The position numbers and the translations under genes are program-made. The notes below the pieces were generated by a model, which saw nothing but the letters and a program-made list of their open reading frames with translations, was not told where the DNA came from and ran no database searches. 64,000 nt of DNA from Mytilus californianus (taxonomy: Eukaryota): assembly GCF_021869535.1 (NCBI RefSeq), contig NW_026262745.1, positions 18,166,001-18,230,000 of the forward strand. Reading direction: 5' to 3'. Positions within the stretch are counted from its first letter, which is position 1. The number at the start of each line of letters is the position of its first letter. Below, piece by piece: positions 50,262-62,123 of this stretch.

Positions 50262-51921
50262 TGTAAGCCAAAAAAGTGTCCCATGAAATTGTGTCTTCTT
50301 GAACTATATTTCACAGTTCATCTGTGAAATTTCGTTCACGGGACAGAATATCACATTTGTAAACTATAAAATAGTGTCTCCCTTAGTGAAAAATTGTACC
50401 TAGTACTTGTGTAACAGCCACTATGTTCCGTCAGTTACTTTGTTCCGGCGGAACTTTTCAACTAGTTATTTCGTTCCGACGGAACTTTCCAACTAGTTGT
50501 TTTATTCCGAGAGCAGTCGAAAAGTTCCGGAAAAAAATAGCTAGTTGAAAAGTCCCGGAACAATGTAGCTAGTTGAATAGTTCTGGCGGAACAGAACAAC
50601 TAGTTACATCGTTCCGAATATACAATATTTCGTCCTTTTTGTAGAAAGAGGGGGAAGAATGAGTATCAGTATATATAAGAGCAAATCATTAATTTACAAG
50701 AATACCCAACGCACTGAAAGGGGTTTCTTTGGGGACAAATATGCAAAATTTAAGTTGTATTTCATAGCTCACATAAAACGGAATAAGTTGCATTATTATG
50801 CAAATTTAGTATTCATAGTACCCTCAAGAGAGGGAAGAATACACCCCTCCTCATGTGGTTATTTGCATCAATTCTCCAAATGGAACTTTGTGACTGGTTG
50901 ATAAGTTCCGTTGGAACTTTTGGGCTAGTTTGTTAGTTCCGGTTTTGACTTATTTGCCAAAGAGGAACTTTGTGGCTAGTTGATAAGTTCCTTTTGACTT
51001 TTGTTATCAGTATCTTGGTTTCCCTTTGAAAGGTTCAAATATAATATGTTGTGCTTTTACTTTGCATCAATTCTCCAAATGGAACTTTCTGCCTGGTTGA
51101 TAAGTTCCGTTGGAACTTTTGGGTTAGTTTGTTAGTTCCGGTTTTGACTAATTTGGCAAAAAGGAACTTTCTAACTAGTTGATATGTTCCGTTGAAACTT
51201 TTCAACTAGTCACTTTGTTCTGGTGGAACTTTTAAACCAGAGGAAGAACAAAGTAACTAGTTAATAAGTTCCTCCGGAACTTTTCGGCTTGTTAGTTCTT
51301 TCCGCCCGAAACTTTCCAACGTCGGAACAAAAGAGCATTTACACTTGGACATAATTTCAATTATGTTTTATAAAAATACGTCACAAGGGACAATTTTTCA
51401 TAGTGTAGCTATTTTTATCTGTCCCTAAAGAAGGAAAATAATTTAGCAATCATTGAAATGTTTTAATCAAATAGTTAAATCATAATTGAAATTTAAATCA
51501 AGACAACACAGATGTGAACAAAAATGGAAAGTGGTGAATATAAACAGCTATATGATTTTTTGTTTGATGGTCAATACCCTCCAGAGTTTAATAATAATGA
51601 TAGAAGATCATTTAGAAGGAAGGCCAAGCAATCTGAAATTAAAAACAATGAAATATTTTATATACATGTTGACAAAAAATCATTTATTGTAAATTAAATT
51701 ATTTGGTATTAGACAAGACTTTTATGCAATTTGGACATGATTTCACTATGAAAAAATATCCAACAAAGGTCAAAATAGAATATCTTTTCAAGGGACACTT
51801 TTACACAGAAGTGGACAATATTTTATAATAAAATTCTGTCCTGGACAAAATTTCACAGGTCATATCCTTGAAATTTTGTCCATGGGACATAATTTCATGG
51901 GGGACACTATTTAATCCTACA
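50262..51921 (+). mobile_element. Ginger-like element (TGT...ACA, TSD GCTT) with transposase N-terminal remnant
   Basis: gctt|TGTAAG ... CCTACA|gctt; subterminal gtgtccc(cc)atgaaatt inverted. ORF 51524-51697 MESGEYKQLYDFLFDGQYPPEFNNNDRRSFRRKAKQSEIKNNEIFY resembles the Ginger/GIN1 N-terminal YP-motif region. Confidence 0.75.
50410..51343. mobile_element. Second Ginger-like MITE (TGT...ACA, TSD CTTG) nested in 50262-51921
   Basis: cttg|TGTAACAGCC...GCATTTACA|cttg, many gttccg/cggaac subterminal repeats, internal ~130-bp duplication (50862/51060). Confidence 0.8.
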
Positions 51922-52489
51922 GCTTAACGTAATGTGTGTTTTGTTATTTCGTAATGATGATTTGCCAATTCTTCATATGGCTTTAACATTATATAATGAT
52001 GGTTCAAAATTTGAAGATTTTACACAACATGATGTGTTTGTTCCTGTATTTGATGTGGTCCTGTCATTCTTTGATGTGGTTATCACATTACTTGATGAGG
52101 TAAAGCCACGTGACCATTTTGGAAAAAAATAGTTCTATTTTTAGACCGATTTCCATATGTCGTTTGTTTAATGTGCTTCAGATGAGTGTCGCTATCCATT
52201 GAGTTAAAGTTCAAATTAAAGTTCGAGTGGTTGTTCAGAGTTATTTGGTATGAAAAAGGGGAACGGCAGACAAAAATAAGAAAAAAAGTACAAAAAAGTA
52301 TCAATATTTCGGACATTAGGGGGATATCCCCAAACCACTTGGTCCTGCCGTTTTTTCCCCTTAGTTCTCAAATGGAAGCAGTATTACAATAAATTCGTGA
52401 AGAATTCCACGGAACCCTGCGTCTCGCCTGGAATTGCTGCTGTCATTGTAAAAGTGTAATGTTGTAATGACTGTAAAACGTCCATTTAT

Positions 52490-54947
52490 CACTGGTGTTA
52501 AACTGATCGTGGTAACTGCAGTTACCACGATCCAAACATTGCGGAGGTAGAAATCGGTAAAAACGTTTTCTGCTTATTTCTCCGTGTAAACGTGTTGTTT
52601 TCAAGAATTACTCAGCCACCAGGTTGATCTGTACGATTTTGTTTTGTGTGTTTGTTCTTAATATCATATATGGTCTCGTTACCAAGATAATAGCCATCGA
52701 ATATTTAAGGAAGATAATCGTAACTCCAAAAAAAAATAATCGTAACTTGTGGACAAATAATTGGAAAGATAATCGTAACTGTAGAAAATATGTCAATGAT
52801 AATAGTAACTGATTTTTTAGTACCTCTGCTAACGGAATATTTGATAAAAAGATTGCGTCATAATAACAACTTACACGTAAACAACACTCAGGATTGAAAT
52901 ACTCTTTCAAAATAAAGTAAGTTTGCAATTTTCATTTATACAAAACTGAGTCTACTTTTCTGTACTGCCACCGTAATGACGCTATATAAGGCCGCCTCGA
53001 TTATATCAGAAAACGTTTTTAGAATCTAAATGATTGACGGAATCTCCTGATCTTGATCTTAAGGGTAAATTTGACACAACTTGTCTCTTGATACTACTTT
53101 GTTTCCCCATATGGTATACCATTGCTCAAAGTAATTTGTCACGGTACTAAAGTATACTTGTTTAGGCGCAGCATCGGGATTCAGGGCTTGCCAGTTCTTT
53201 AAATCGCCTTGATCTTGCTATGTATTCCCCTACAATTTGAGATGTTGCTTTGTAAGTTTCTCTATTTGGTGGTGACGATATTGATTTTATGTCTGTTGGG
53301 ATGTTCATTATTTCCATCTGTCTCAGCATGTCTTCTCTTTCCGGTTGGTGTCTTGGGCTGTATAGCAAGAAATGTTCTGTTGTTTATATGATGGCGTATG
53401 ACATATCAGGCGTGAGGGATTGACATATTTGGTTTCTGTATTTATTCAATCTGCTGTAACCTGTTCTCAGTTCTTACAATATTCATCCTATTTGGGGGTT
53501 TGGTGTGTCAAGTTTTACATCCTTCCCAACAATAGGTACTAGATCGAAAAGTTGTCTCCCAGTTTCACTAATTGTCCATCTACTTTGCCATTTCAATTTT
53601 GTAGACATGTTAACTGCGCTTCTTACACCTGACATTGTTATGACATTATATTGGTCGTTTAGGCCTCCTTTGCAGCATCTTTTGCCAACTGGTCCGCTAT
53701 CTCATTCCCGACTATACGAGCATGGCCTGGGATCCAAGATAGGGTTGTTAGTATGTCGTGTTTCAAGAGTGTCCCCATGCTGTCTCTAATGTCTGTTATT
53801 GGATTTGAAGAGTCAATTTAGAGTCAAGATGCCTACAGCAGTCTGGCTATCTGATAGTATTTTGGCCTCAGAGAACTGGTCTTTAATTGTTTAATGCAGT
53901 GCTCCAGAACCATTAGTAATCACCTGCATGCTTGAAAAATTCAGCAAACTGCTGATCCGGGCTTGCACGGAGGCGGTATATAGCGGCTTCTAATGACTAT
54001 CCCGTCTTTGCTGATTCTCTATCAAAGCCATCTCTATTGATCTGTTCCACTAGTTTCTTTATATATTCTTTGTTGATCTCCTCGATAAATTCTTCATCAA
54101 ATGAGTCAGTTTTCAGGTGGCTCCCTCCAAAGACGATACTTTCTTTCAATGTACAACTTTACCTTTATTGTCAAATATCGGATCTTGATTTTCAACAATT
54201 AATGGTAGCACTGATTAATCTTTTGTTCTCCTGGACATCAAAGTTATCTTCTGCAGTGACCAGTCTTTGTTTGTTTTGTGGTATGTTCCTCATTCTGTAT
54301 TGTTTCTGGCAGTGATTAAGATGTTTTTTTGCTGATGTCACAATGCTATTACTTCATTGTCCCGCTACCGCTACCACTCGGGCCACAATATTCACGACTA
54401 TAATGCCTCCCTATGTTAAAACTATACTAAAGTATAGCTTCTATGAATTAATATCTTAATTTAACACTGACTCTTAGTAACTTACCTTTATTTTTTTGTA
54501 GATTATATGTGTATATATATAGACTTTATCTACAAAGCAAAAAGTAAATTAGTTTAAGATAATCAATTATTCACTAATTATGGATACACTATCAAACTTT
54601 TAAACAAGATTAAGATATAGTCGCCGTCTGCGTCAAGAGACTAAGTTACGTTATCATGTCCAAATTACGATTATCTGATAGCCCAGTTACGATTATCATA
54701 TCAAACAAATTTCATGGAGTTACGATTATCTTCCTTAAATTTTCGATGGCTATTATTTTGGTAACGGGGCCATATATGATATTAAAAGCTCACACACACA
54801 ACAAAACCGTACAGATCAACCTGGCGTCCGAGTTATTTTTGAAAACAACACGTTTACACGGAGAAATTAGCAGAAAACGATTATACCGATTTTTATCATG
54901 TTGGGATCGTGGTAACTGCAGTTACCACGATCAGTTTAACACCAGTG
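52490..54947. mobile_element. CACTG-ended TIR element (CMC/EnSpm-like) with ~330-bp TIRs
   Basis: cactggtgttaaac / gtttaacaccagtg. Perfect 28-bp palindrome gatcgtggtaactgcagttaccacgatc at 52505-32 and 54905-32. Repeated gataatcgtaact motifs. Both flanks atttat. Confidence 0.75.
53047..54340 (-). mobile_element. Internally deleted RNase H-bearing non-LTR retrotransposon remnant (I/Nimb-like)
   Basis: SDSQTAVGILTL...SWIPGHARIVGNEIADQLAK (RNase H), LRTGYSRLN...TEHFLL (C-terminal knuckle region), aagatcaagatc tail. Confidence 0.7.
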
Positions 54948-57155
54948 ATTTATCAGTAAAAAACAAAATTAAAAAAAAATATTTTTCTGTACATGCTTTA
55001 TCTCGATATAGAAGATTACTCCTATACAAATTTTATAACAATTCATGGAGGTTTACAAATTTATCATGACAAAATAGTTTAATTTGGTAATATTTAATGC
55101 AAATAAAACTTATATAAAAATAAGAAGATGTGGTATGAATGCCAATGAGACAACTCTCTACCACATACCAAATGACGTAGCAGTTAACAACTATATGTCA
55201 CTGTATGGTCTTCAACAATGAGCAAAACCCATACCGCATAGTAAGCTATAACAGGTCCAGAAATGACAAATGTAAAAACAATTCAAACGAGTAACCTAAC
55301 GATCTAAATGATGAAGACGCCGACGACGGAACATAGGTTTGTTGTGTCTCACTTCCGCGACATTAATATCGCAGGCTGGACACACATCAAATGACTTGTA
55401 CTTTATTGTCAACAAATGAGACACTTTCAATCAACTCACACTAAAGGTACAGGGAAATGGGGGGATCGGACTGATGAGCGACAACGCATCAATTCTATAA
55501 AATAAGAATTCTCCGATTTTTTTTAGCGTGTATTATCATTTGAACATATACGAATATCAATCTTTTAATATATATTTTATAAATTCCATTCTCTGATATA
55601 CCTCGCACTTAATTGGCACTTAAAGTGAAAAAAACTTAACTTTTTGGAATATCTGTTTCACAGGTGACGACGGATATGCTCCAGTTGTCGTAACCACAAC
55701 CCCGTCCTCTTTTTCTCGAATTTGACCTACCGAATTAGACCAAATCACTGGGTTTGTACTTTCACGAATAACATGACGAGTACCACACATTGAGCAGGAT
55801 CTGCTTTCTCTTCCGGAGCACCCGAGATCACCCCAGGACTTTGATGGATTTATATTGCCCAGTCATACCGATCTATAGAGTTAAGCCAATTGCATCTGAT
55901 TTTTACAGTTTATTCTTGTGTTGTGCTGTTACACTATTCGACCATGGTAGGATTAGGGTTAAGCGCTCACAGACATGTTTAACTCCGCCACGTGAACATT
56001 CTTTATGTGCCTGTCCCAAGTCAGGAGCCTGTAATTCAATGGTTGTCGTTGTTTCATGTATGTCATATTTGTTTTTCGTAAGTTGTTTAGTTATTAGTTA
56101 CGGGTGCCTATAATTGCTTACATCCACTGCATTAAAACTCTGGTGGATAGTTGTCTCATTGGCAATCACACCACATCTAACTTTATTTCGATTTCTATGT
56201 GGTGTTTTGTATACTGTAACATTGTTATCTTTTGTACGCATACCCTTTAACCCTTTTTTTGGAAGCCCGAGCAAAAGCCCTTAATCCGCGATAGAAAATT
56301 TTAAATACGAACTCATATTAGATAACATCAATTTTAATTCGAAATCTTAATCTAAATGAGACTCAAATTCGAAGTCTAACTCGAACTCTACCTCAAAAGG
56401 TAATTCAAACTCGAAGTTCAATTCGAAACTCAATGCTTACTCGAACTTTAATTCTAATTATGACTTGAATTCTAACTCGAAATCGAAAATTACTCGAAGT
56501 TTAAATCAAAGACTTACTCGAATTTTATTTTTTACAGTAGCCCGACCTTTAATTTGAACTCTAACTCCATGAATTGCCACACTCATCCGAGGCAAATAAA
56601 ACATGGAAATCGGTTTTAAAAATAGAACTAGTTTTTCCCAAATAGTCACGTGGCTTTACCTCATCAAGTAGTGATAACCACATCAAAGAATGACAGAACC
56701 ACATCAAATACTGGAACGAACACATCATGTAGTGTAAAACGTCAAATTTTGAAACATCATTATGTAATTTTAAAGCCATATAAGGAATTGGCAAATCATC
56801 ATTACGAAATAACAAAATCACATTATGTAATGAAACAACTATATAACGTTAAGCCACATGTTAAAACCAAATTGCCTAATAACACAACCACATTAAATAG
56901 TGATGAAACCATATCGAGTAATGACAAAACCATATCAAGTCCATACGAAACCATATCATGTAATATCGAAATATCATTAAGTAATGACTATTCCATATTG
57001 AATAATATCAAAACATCATTACGTAATGTCAAAACCATATTATGTAAAGACAAAATATCATCAAGTAATAATAATACAAGATAACGTAATATCAGAGTAC
57101 CACATAAGACAGCTGTGGCGTTCCATACTATCAGTAGGTCCCCTTTTTGAATTAA

Positions 57156-58608
57156 GGGGACGACCATTTGATATTCGGGAGGGGGGGGGGGGGGGGGGGT
57201 GGCAGGAGGATTTGTTTTGGATGGGTTATTTGTTTTTGTGGACCAAAAGGACAGATTATTTATTTTCTGCTCTGTTGAAGCATGATTTTTCATTTTCATT
57301 AAAACAAGGGACTAATTATCTATTTTCACAATTATATTTATAATATTTGAAAACATACAATTTTTAAATTCTTAAATAAATAACATAGTCAATAAAGTCA
57401 ATCAGAATTAATCATCATCCTCTGGAAGTTAATCTTCTGAATTGCTAACTGCAAATATTGCATACGTACAAGGTATTAAAGCTGGGCTGTAACTAGCCTC
57501 TTCTAAAAGTTGTCAAACATTTTCGCCTAGCGGAGCGAGGCGAAATAAATCAGCGAAGAGTCTGGGGTTCGCTGAAAGCCCCAAGAAGCTATAGAAAAAA
57601 TGGCGCAAAATCATGCATTATGCGCGTTTCCCAGACCCTTTCTTAATCTGAAACGCATGTTCTGTTTAAATATTTTGACAATATTCTGGTCTCAAAGCAA
57701 AATATATAGATTCAGTGTAAAACTTTTAGTTTTTAGGGACAACATCAAAAGACCAATATGTAGGACAAAGCAAAAAATGTTTCAGTTTGCAGAAAACCTT
57801 TTATACCTGTCAATTATGTTTTTTCAAATTAAGTGAAGAGGGGGCTGATTATCATTGATATAACTATGTCAAGTCAGTTTTTATAACACATTTCAATTAC
57901 AATTTGATGTAGTTCCTAACTGGGATACAATTTAAAGTAGTTTGTAATAGACAAAAGGTCCTTAAATATAATAAAACTCGAGTTTAAAACATAATTACTA
58001 AATTACAAATAGAATGCAACACTAAGAGAATAGTCATAAAGAAGGGCAATCAATGAACAAAAGACGGACCCGGGAACAGATAAAACACAAAACGCTTAAC
58101 ATTATAGACAATCAACACTGAAAAATAAAAATAAATGAGAAACATGGATCTCAAAAAACATGGGCTACGTAAGAGGGTGAACAGAACTTGCTTCTTGCAA
58201 GACACTTGCCATGAAAACAATTTGATATGAAGACAAGCTTTTGTTTTGAAATTTCCAACATGAGGCATTTGCCTCAATGTAGTTACGGCCCTGTAATAAA
58301 AGTGAGGTAAATGTTCACGAGACAATATACCTGAAATGAAACCCATTTTCAAACATTTCAAATACATTAATATTTAAATTATTAAAAGATTTGGGAAGTT
58401 TTTCCCGAAAAAAAATATGAAAAAAGACGAATTTTGAAGAATCTGGTGCCATCTCACACTTCAGAATAGCATTTATAAAATGGATTAAAAGACCTGCCAA
58501 GTTATTTTCAATACATTGTAAGTCAGGTTATTTATTTTCAAACTACCACAGAACAAACCATTCATTTTTGTTATTATCAAGGCCGAGTTATTTATTTTCA
58601 AAATCATC

Positions 58609-58640
<32 letters not shown>

Positions 58641-58663
58641 CAGAATATCAAATGGTCGTCCCC
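57156..58663. mobile_element. PIF/Harbinger-like non-autonomous element (GGGG...CCCC, TSD TAA)
   Basis: taa|ggggacgaccatttgatatt ... aatatcaaatggtcgtcccc|taa, with poly-G and poly-C subterminal tracts. Confidence 0.8.
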
Positions 58664-60789
58664 TAACCTTGAATTTGAGATTTGTTATAATCTTTTTCAT
58701 GCCCTGCTAATGTCACTGTGAAATCAGTTCCCACAGTTGCCAGTGTGTATGTTTATTCAAACGATTTAAAAGTAAGTTTTCAGTTTCCTAAAACTAGTTG
58801 ACTGTACAAACCTGAGACAAAGTTGACCGTAGACGGTACTGACTACTCTGTTCATACCTCTTTTGCTTATGCAACAATCAAATCAAACGTTTTAAATGTT
58901 GGGCTTTCCTTCTTCGTTTTTGATCGTATCAGACGAGGCAGTTTCAGAAACCCATGTCGTAAGCATGTACTCTTGTGTCGTGGTTTTTATTTTTCTCACG
59001 CCTTGTTTCTATGCCGGATGTTTACTAATGCGCAAGTATATGTATATTTAAATTCTCTTTTGTTTTAAATCATTGATAAATCTTTGGAAATCGCCGATAC
59101 TTTAAATAAACAATATTACGTCTGCTTGACTGTAAATTTGTACATTGTTGTACTGATGGGTGCTCTCGAATGGCTCTCTGGTATGAGTTGAGCGTCTGCT
59201 TTCAGTTATGATATCATTCCAAGAGGTTGATTATGGGTATTTTAGGGTGTTGGTCTGGCCATGGTCTCATTAAATACCTACCGGTACATGTACTACAAAA
59301 TTATGTATTAGAGACTATGAATATGAAATATTATTAACATATTTTCTTATTGGTGAACTTTTCTTCAAAAGATGTGCTGCAAATCAGCAATATGGTATAC
59401 TGACTTGTTTGAGGTACTGGAGGTGTTGCGTTGTTGCCTACACGTTTTATATTTACATGTTTTTGCTGACAATTAGCTGTGTTTCAGCTCAACATGGAGC
59501 CGTATTGACTATTTTTTTTATAATGGCTATATATTCTGTTAAATTCAACTGCCTTTTGGAATATAAGTTGGATTAAAAATATTTTGGTAGGTGGATTTAT
59601 GGACCATATATTTTGTTTTGAAAAAATCAAACATTTTTATTAAGCAAAAATCTGTAAATTAATGTGCAATTTATCTATATGAGCATTTTTAAAGATAAAT
59701 GCTTGAAACTTGCAAGTAGATTGCGTTTTCGATGCTAATAACACAAAATGTAGTCTAGGTAAATGTCAATAAGATACCAACAAACAAAAACACAATAAAA
59801 CTCCCAGAAGATATGGAGGTAGGCTTAAAGTCAAAAAACATTTATCTTGTTACATGTATAATGTGTGCATATTATTTCGTAAAATCAAATATCATTTCTT
59901 TTATTTAAATTGTAGTATTTATGAATATACCGATGCAGCATATTCGTTTTTTCATGATCAGATAACATCACTTGCCTAAAGTACAGATACATAGTTTGTC
60001 TTGTGATAAGGTAGGAAGACGTACATTTGCTTTTGTATATTATTAACTATAAATTGTGATCGTATAAACAGCACGAGATGGACCATGAAAACCCCTGACA
60101 TTGCGCTGAAATTTATATATTATGTCACTTTTGTATAATGTAGTAAGGTTTTATATACCAATTAGCATATCACATACTTAAATATACTCTAAATATTTCC
60201 TTAATTATCGCTTAAAGTTTTCCGGAACTGAAAACTGGTTGGTTATTTTAGATATTTTAGGTCAAAAGTAGCGAAATATATATGTCGACATTTTTAATTA
60301 AAGATAATGAGTATTTATTACAAATTTGATATTTTTCACCCGTACAAAATATCCTATAACATTTTAGTTGGTTTTAAATAAGACAACTTTTGATTTTTTA
60401 TTGTTAAGTTTCCTTATTGGTAAAGCAGACTAAGTAGTTAAAGCTTCTTTTTAACAACTGCAAACATTCTCTGGTACGGCATAATATCGTTTATTATTTG
60501 TTTTGTTTGTATTTTTTTATCTCTTTTTTTTCAAATTTTTACCGAACAAAATTTGCTTTGTAAATGGTTTGATTTTCATTAATCTCTAGGTAACGAGGAT
60601 TTTCAAAATATTTTAATGAGAGACATCCTTTCAGCCATGAATAGATGACAATCGTTGTCTCTGTGCTATCACAGATCTAAGGTCTAGCGTTGTACAGTTC
60701 TCGCTAAGGGACACTGGAGACATATCCTAATATCATCTGGTCTTATTTTTTCTTTTAATTTTGTAACCTCGATTATCGATTGATTTCGA

Positions 60790-61330
60790 TGTGGTACTCT
60801 ATTGAAACGTCCTCAGGCAAAGTTGATCTTAAATGCATTTGGCTATTTTGTTTAGATCCTTTTTGGTCATATAGTTCCTAACTGTGCAGCGTATTTACGC
60901 ATCACTGGGTTTCAAATGTTAAGGTCTGAATGTTTCTGATGAAGGTAAATCCAAAAAAGTGCGTCAGATGAACGAAATTTATGATGTGTTTAATTCATTT
61001 ATTAGCATTGGATCGATACCGCTGCTAATAGACTGTTAGTCCGCGATTGTATCATCAGCCCTGTATTCTGGCCTTCCGTGCTGACACTATTTATAGCATA
61101 TACTTATTTTAAATTCACCGTTCATAAATAAAGAAATAAGTAATTAACTACGGTTCCAGTGCCTTAGACAAAGTTGACATTGGATGAATTTAGCTACTTT
61201 ATTTAGTTCTTTTTTTGCAATATAGTTCCTCTTTTTACAGCGTATTTACGCATCCCTGGGTTTCAGATGTTTAGATCTGAACATTCCTAATGAAGGTGAA
61301 TCCAGAAAAGCGCGAGGAACGCACGAAAAA
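60790..61330 (+). mobile_element. Diverged retrozyme dimer remnant (same ~350-nt family as 39335-40169)
   Basis: ctgatgaaggtaaatccaaaaaagtgc at 60936 and ctaatgaaggtgaatccagaaaagcgc at 61287 (351 nt apart). Flanks match the reverse complement of the 39-40 kb unit. Confidence 0.7.
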
Positions 61331-62123
61331 GTCGGGAAGGATGCAAAATACTGCTGGACTGTTATTCCATTGTTAATATGGCACTACAGTCGCAACTTAG
61401 GACACGCTAGTGTATATTCATGGACCATGACGAAGTATGGAGGAATCGCACACCTTATAATACTCTGAAAACATAAACTTTGTCAACTTCATAAATTGCA
61501 AACATATAAACATATGACTAAATGAAAGTTTATGTTTCAAATACAGTACTTGCAACCTTAGGCGTTACAGTTTTAGCGATCAATCAGCGGTCATCGATCA
61601 GTCACCGATCAGTCAAGTTCGCGTCAAACTCACGTCACCAATCCGTCAGACTTATAGTAAAAGTATTTGGCCAAAGACCACAATTAATGATCCCGCTTTT
61701 CGTTGTCCACGAATATAGTTCCTTTTAATTAGAGTGTATTTTTTCTTAATTTTTTTTCTTTCCCTTCCTCACTCATTTCTTAGATTTTTTTGGATGGAAA
61801 TGAAAGAAGAGAGGTGAAATAAACTTTTGGATGTTGTATTTTAACTGATTTTGATATGGAAAGAGTAATTAGGCCAGGTGCAAAAAGGTGATATTTACAG
61901 TTTTCGGAACATCTCTTGACTTGTCCATAGGGGTATGGATGTGTATTGGCTAAATTTGTAAGATGCTGGGGAGCGATATTTCTGAATGTTTGATATATGT
62001 TTGGACTAGTACTGTACTTTACACACACAAAATATTTGACAAAAAGAACCGGAGCATTTTTTTTAATGAAACAAAACGTTATAAAGAACTAATAGAGAAT
62101 TTAATTGTGGTCTGTGGCCTAAG

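Larger units (their letters stand above)
49533..57127. mobile_element. IS3EU-like non-autonomous element (TATGG...CCATA, 6-bp TSD CTATCA, ~600-700-bp TIRs) with multiple nested insertions
   Basis: tatggaacgccacagctgtcttatgtggtactctgatattacgtta is inverted at 57080-57127. ctatca at 49527-32 and 57128-33. Left arm pieces (50000-50255, 51925-52230) are the reverse complement of 56530-57080. Confidence 0.82.

Noticed and set aside
56561-57084. ORFs 56650-57084 (+), 56561-56821 (-) and 51932-52132 (+)
   Set aside because: They derive from low-complexity TIR repeats of the IS3EU-like element and show no protein motifs.
58820-59440. Possible minus-strand exons of another gene
   Set aside because: Only short open stretches, without a consistent splice phase or recognisable domain.
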